In this document: one piece after another, positions 62,920 to 64,000 of the stretch
How the letters are laid out: each line of letters begins with the position of its first letter
Numbering within the stretch: position 1 is the stretch's first letter
Assembly (NCBI GenBank): GCA_947165005.1
Contig: CAMUYN010000002.1
Span: 7,420-71,419 of the forward strand
Length of the DNA stretch: 64,000 nt
Reading direction: 5' to 3'
DNA from: an uncultured Bacillota bacterium
GTDB lineage: Bacteria; Bacillota_I; Bacilli_A; RF39; UBA660
Notes under the pieces: model-generated
What the model was told of the DNA's origin: nothing
The model's input: only the letters and a program-made list of their open reading frames with translations
Databases searched by the model: none
Position numbers and translations under genes: made by a program

Positions 62920-62934
62920 AATTCATCTTTTTTT
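62902..62934 (+). terminator. Rho-independent terminator after sufD
   Basis: GATGAAT ... ATTCATC stem followed by T7. Confidence 0.6.
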
Positions 62935-62997
62935 ATACTCATATAATTATTAAAACGTATAGTTTTCATAAAATACAATAATTGGAGGTGATGACAA

Positions 62998-63921
62998 ATG
63001 AAAATATTTGGAATAGATATTTCCACATGGCAAAGAGAATTTGATTATGATGATTTAGATAAAAACAATATAAAATTTGTAATATTACGTGCAGGATTTG
63101 ATATAACAAAGGATGATATGTTTGAGAAGCATTATGAAGAAATAAGTAAACGAAATATAGATATAGGGTGCTACTGGTATACATATGCAAGAACAAAAGA
63201 AGAGGCTTCTATGGAAGCAAAGAAATTTTTAGAAACGGTAAAGAACAAAAAAATAACATATCCGTTATACTTGGATATAGAAGATAAAACACTTAGTAAT
63301 TTATCTAAAGAAACCTTGGATTCTATTATTGATACCTTTGGAAGAATAATTGAACAAAATGGATATTACTTTGGTGTATATAGTAATCTTAACTGGTATA
63401 AAAATAAAATATCAGGATCCAAATTAAATAAGAAATATGATTGGTGGATAGCTTATTGGGAAAGCGATGCTCCTAGTAATATAAATTATGGTATATGGCA
63501 AAATACATCAAAATATGATTATAGAGGAATCAATATAGATTCAGATTATTGTTTTAAAGACTATCCTAAAATAATAGCGGATGCTAAATTAAATCATCTT
63601 GATGATAGTAATGATATAAAACCTAGTATTTACATAGTTAAAAAAGGGGATACTTTATCCAAGATAGCGTCTATTTATAATCTGAATTATAAATATCTAG
63701 CAAAATATAATAATATTAATAATCCAAACCTAATATATCCGGGGCAGGCAATAAAAATACCAAATGAGACTAATTCTAAAATATATATAGTAAAAAGGGG
63801 AGATGATTTAACAAAAATAGCTAATATGTTTAATACTACTGTTAATGATTTAGTAAAACTAAATGATATAAAAAAACCAGACTTAATATATCCAGGTCAA
63901 AAAATAATTATTGACAACTAA
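62998..63921 (+). CDS. GH25 muramidase (lysozyme) with two C-terminal LysM domains
   Basis: N-terminal FGIDISTWQ GH25 start, VILRAG, YWY; two LysM repeats Y(I)VKxGDxLxKIAxxxN...NxIxxPxLIYPGQxIxI. Confidence 0.88.
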   Translation: MKIFGIDISTWQREFDYDDLDKNNIKFVILRAGFDITKDDMFEKHYEEISKRNIDIGCYWYTYARTKEEASMEAKKFLETVKNKKITYPLYLDIEDKTLSNLSKETLDSIIDTFGRIIEQNGYYFGVYSNLNWYKNKISGSKLNKKYDWWIAYWESDAPSNINYGIWQNTSKYDYRGINIDSDYCFKDYPKIIADAKLNHLDDSNDIKPSIYIVKKGDTLSKIASIYNLNYKYLAKYNNINNPNLIYPGQAIKIPNETNSKIYIVKRGDDLTKIANMFNTTVNDLVKLNDIKKPDLIYPGQKIIIDN

Positions 63922-63959
63922 ACTATTACCTCTTAAAATTATAATAGGAGGGAATGGTA

Positions 63960-64000
63960 ATGACAAAAGGCGATATTTACACAAAGGAAATTTTAAAAAG
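63960..64000 (+). CDS. 5' end of an unidentified CDS running off the window
   Basis: AGGAGGG SD 8 nt upstream of ATG; only MTKGDIYTKEILK visible. Confidence 0.3.
   Translation, partial: MTKGDIYTKEILK

Noticed and set aside
62998-64000. GH25-LysM muramidase as a prophage endolysin or prophage boundary
   Set aside because: There is no holin, integrase, tail or capsid genes upstream; the suf operon directly precedes it with a terminator. Only 80 nt of downstream sequence is visible, so a prophage cannot be supported from this window.

Overview
Very AT-rich chromosomal core region from an endospore-forming low-GC Bacillota (Firmicutes) genome. All calls rest on reading the six-frame translations, motif recognition from memory and manual folding of RNAs; no searches were run. 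Gene order repeatedly mirrors Bacillus subtilis: engB, der...spoIVA-hbs; dnaD; dacB...rluB; yunB-yutD; ponA-recU divergent from gpsB-rnpB; rodZ-pgsA-recA...rny; yutI/yugI-like genes. I call about 75 protein genes, nearly all on the + strand. There are 18 tRNA genes in five groups between 48.9 and 57.1 kb, all with encoded CCA, and a type-B RNase P RNA. Many clean Rho-independent terminators and several near-consensus sigma-A promoters are visible. No rRNA, CRISPR array, IS element/transposase or recognisable prophage was seen. Metabolic and housekeeping content includes pyk (3' end), ackA-nrnA-xfp (phosphoketolase), asnB, trxB-trxA, an Rrf2-regulated sufCBD cluster, uppP plus DedA-like and DUF368 membrane proteins, and a GH25-LysM muramidase. 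Items most worth a second look: (1) a stacked operon of micro-ORFs with two tandem FLDxIGPG single-pass paralogues (1.6-3.6 kb). (2) A pair of giant surface proteins (14.7-21.6 kb); one looks like a thioester-domain adhesin with a non-canonical NIQTG sorting signal, and no sortase is nearby. (3) An orphan short-form hisG behind a His-codon-enriched leader ORF plus a strong terminator, inserted between recA and rny. (4) A stand-alone, own-promoter tRNA-Gly(UCC) whose T-loop is UCCGAUU; the other 17 tRNAs all have UUC. It sits beside an orphan restriction-endonuclease-like gene. (5) A class A PBP with three predicted N-terminal TM segments.
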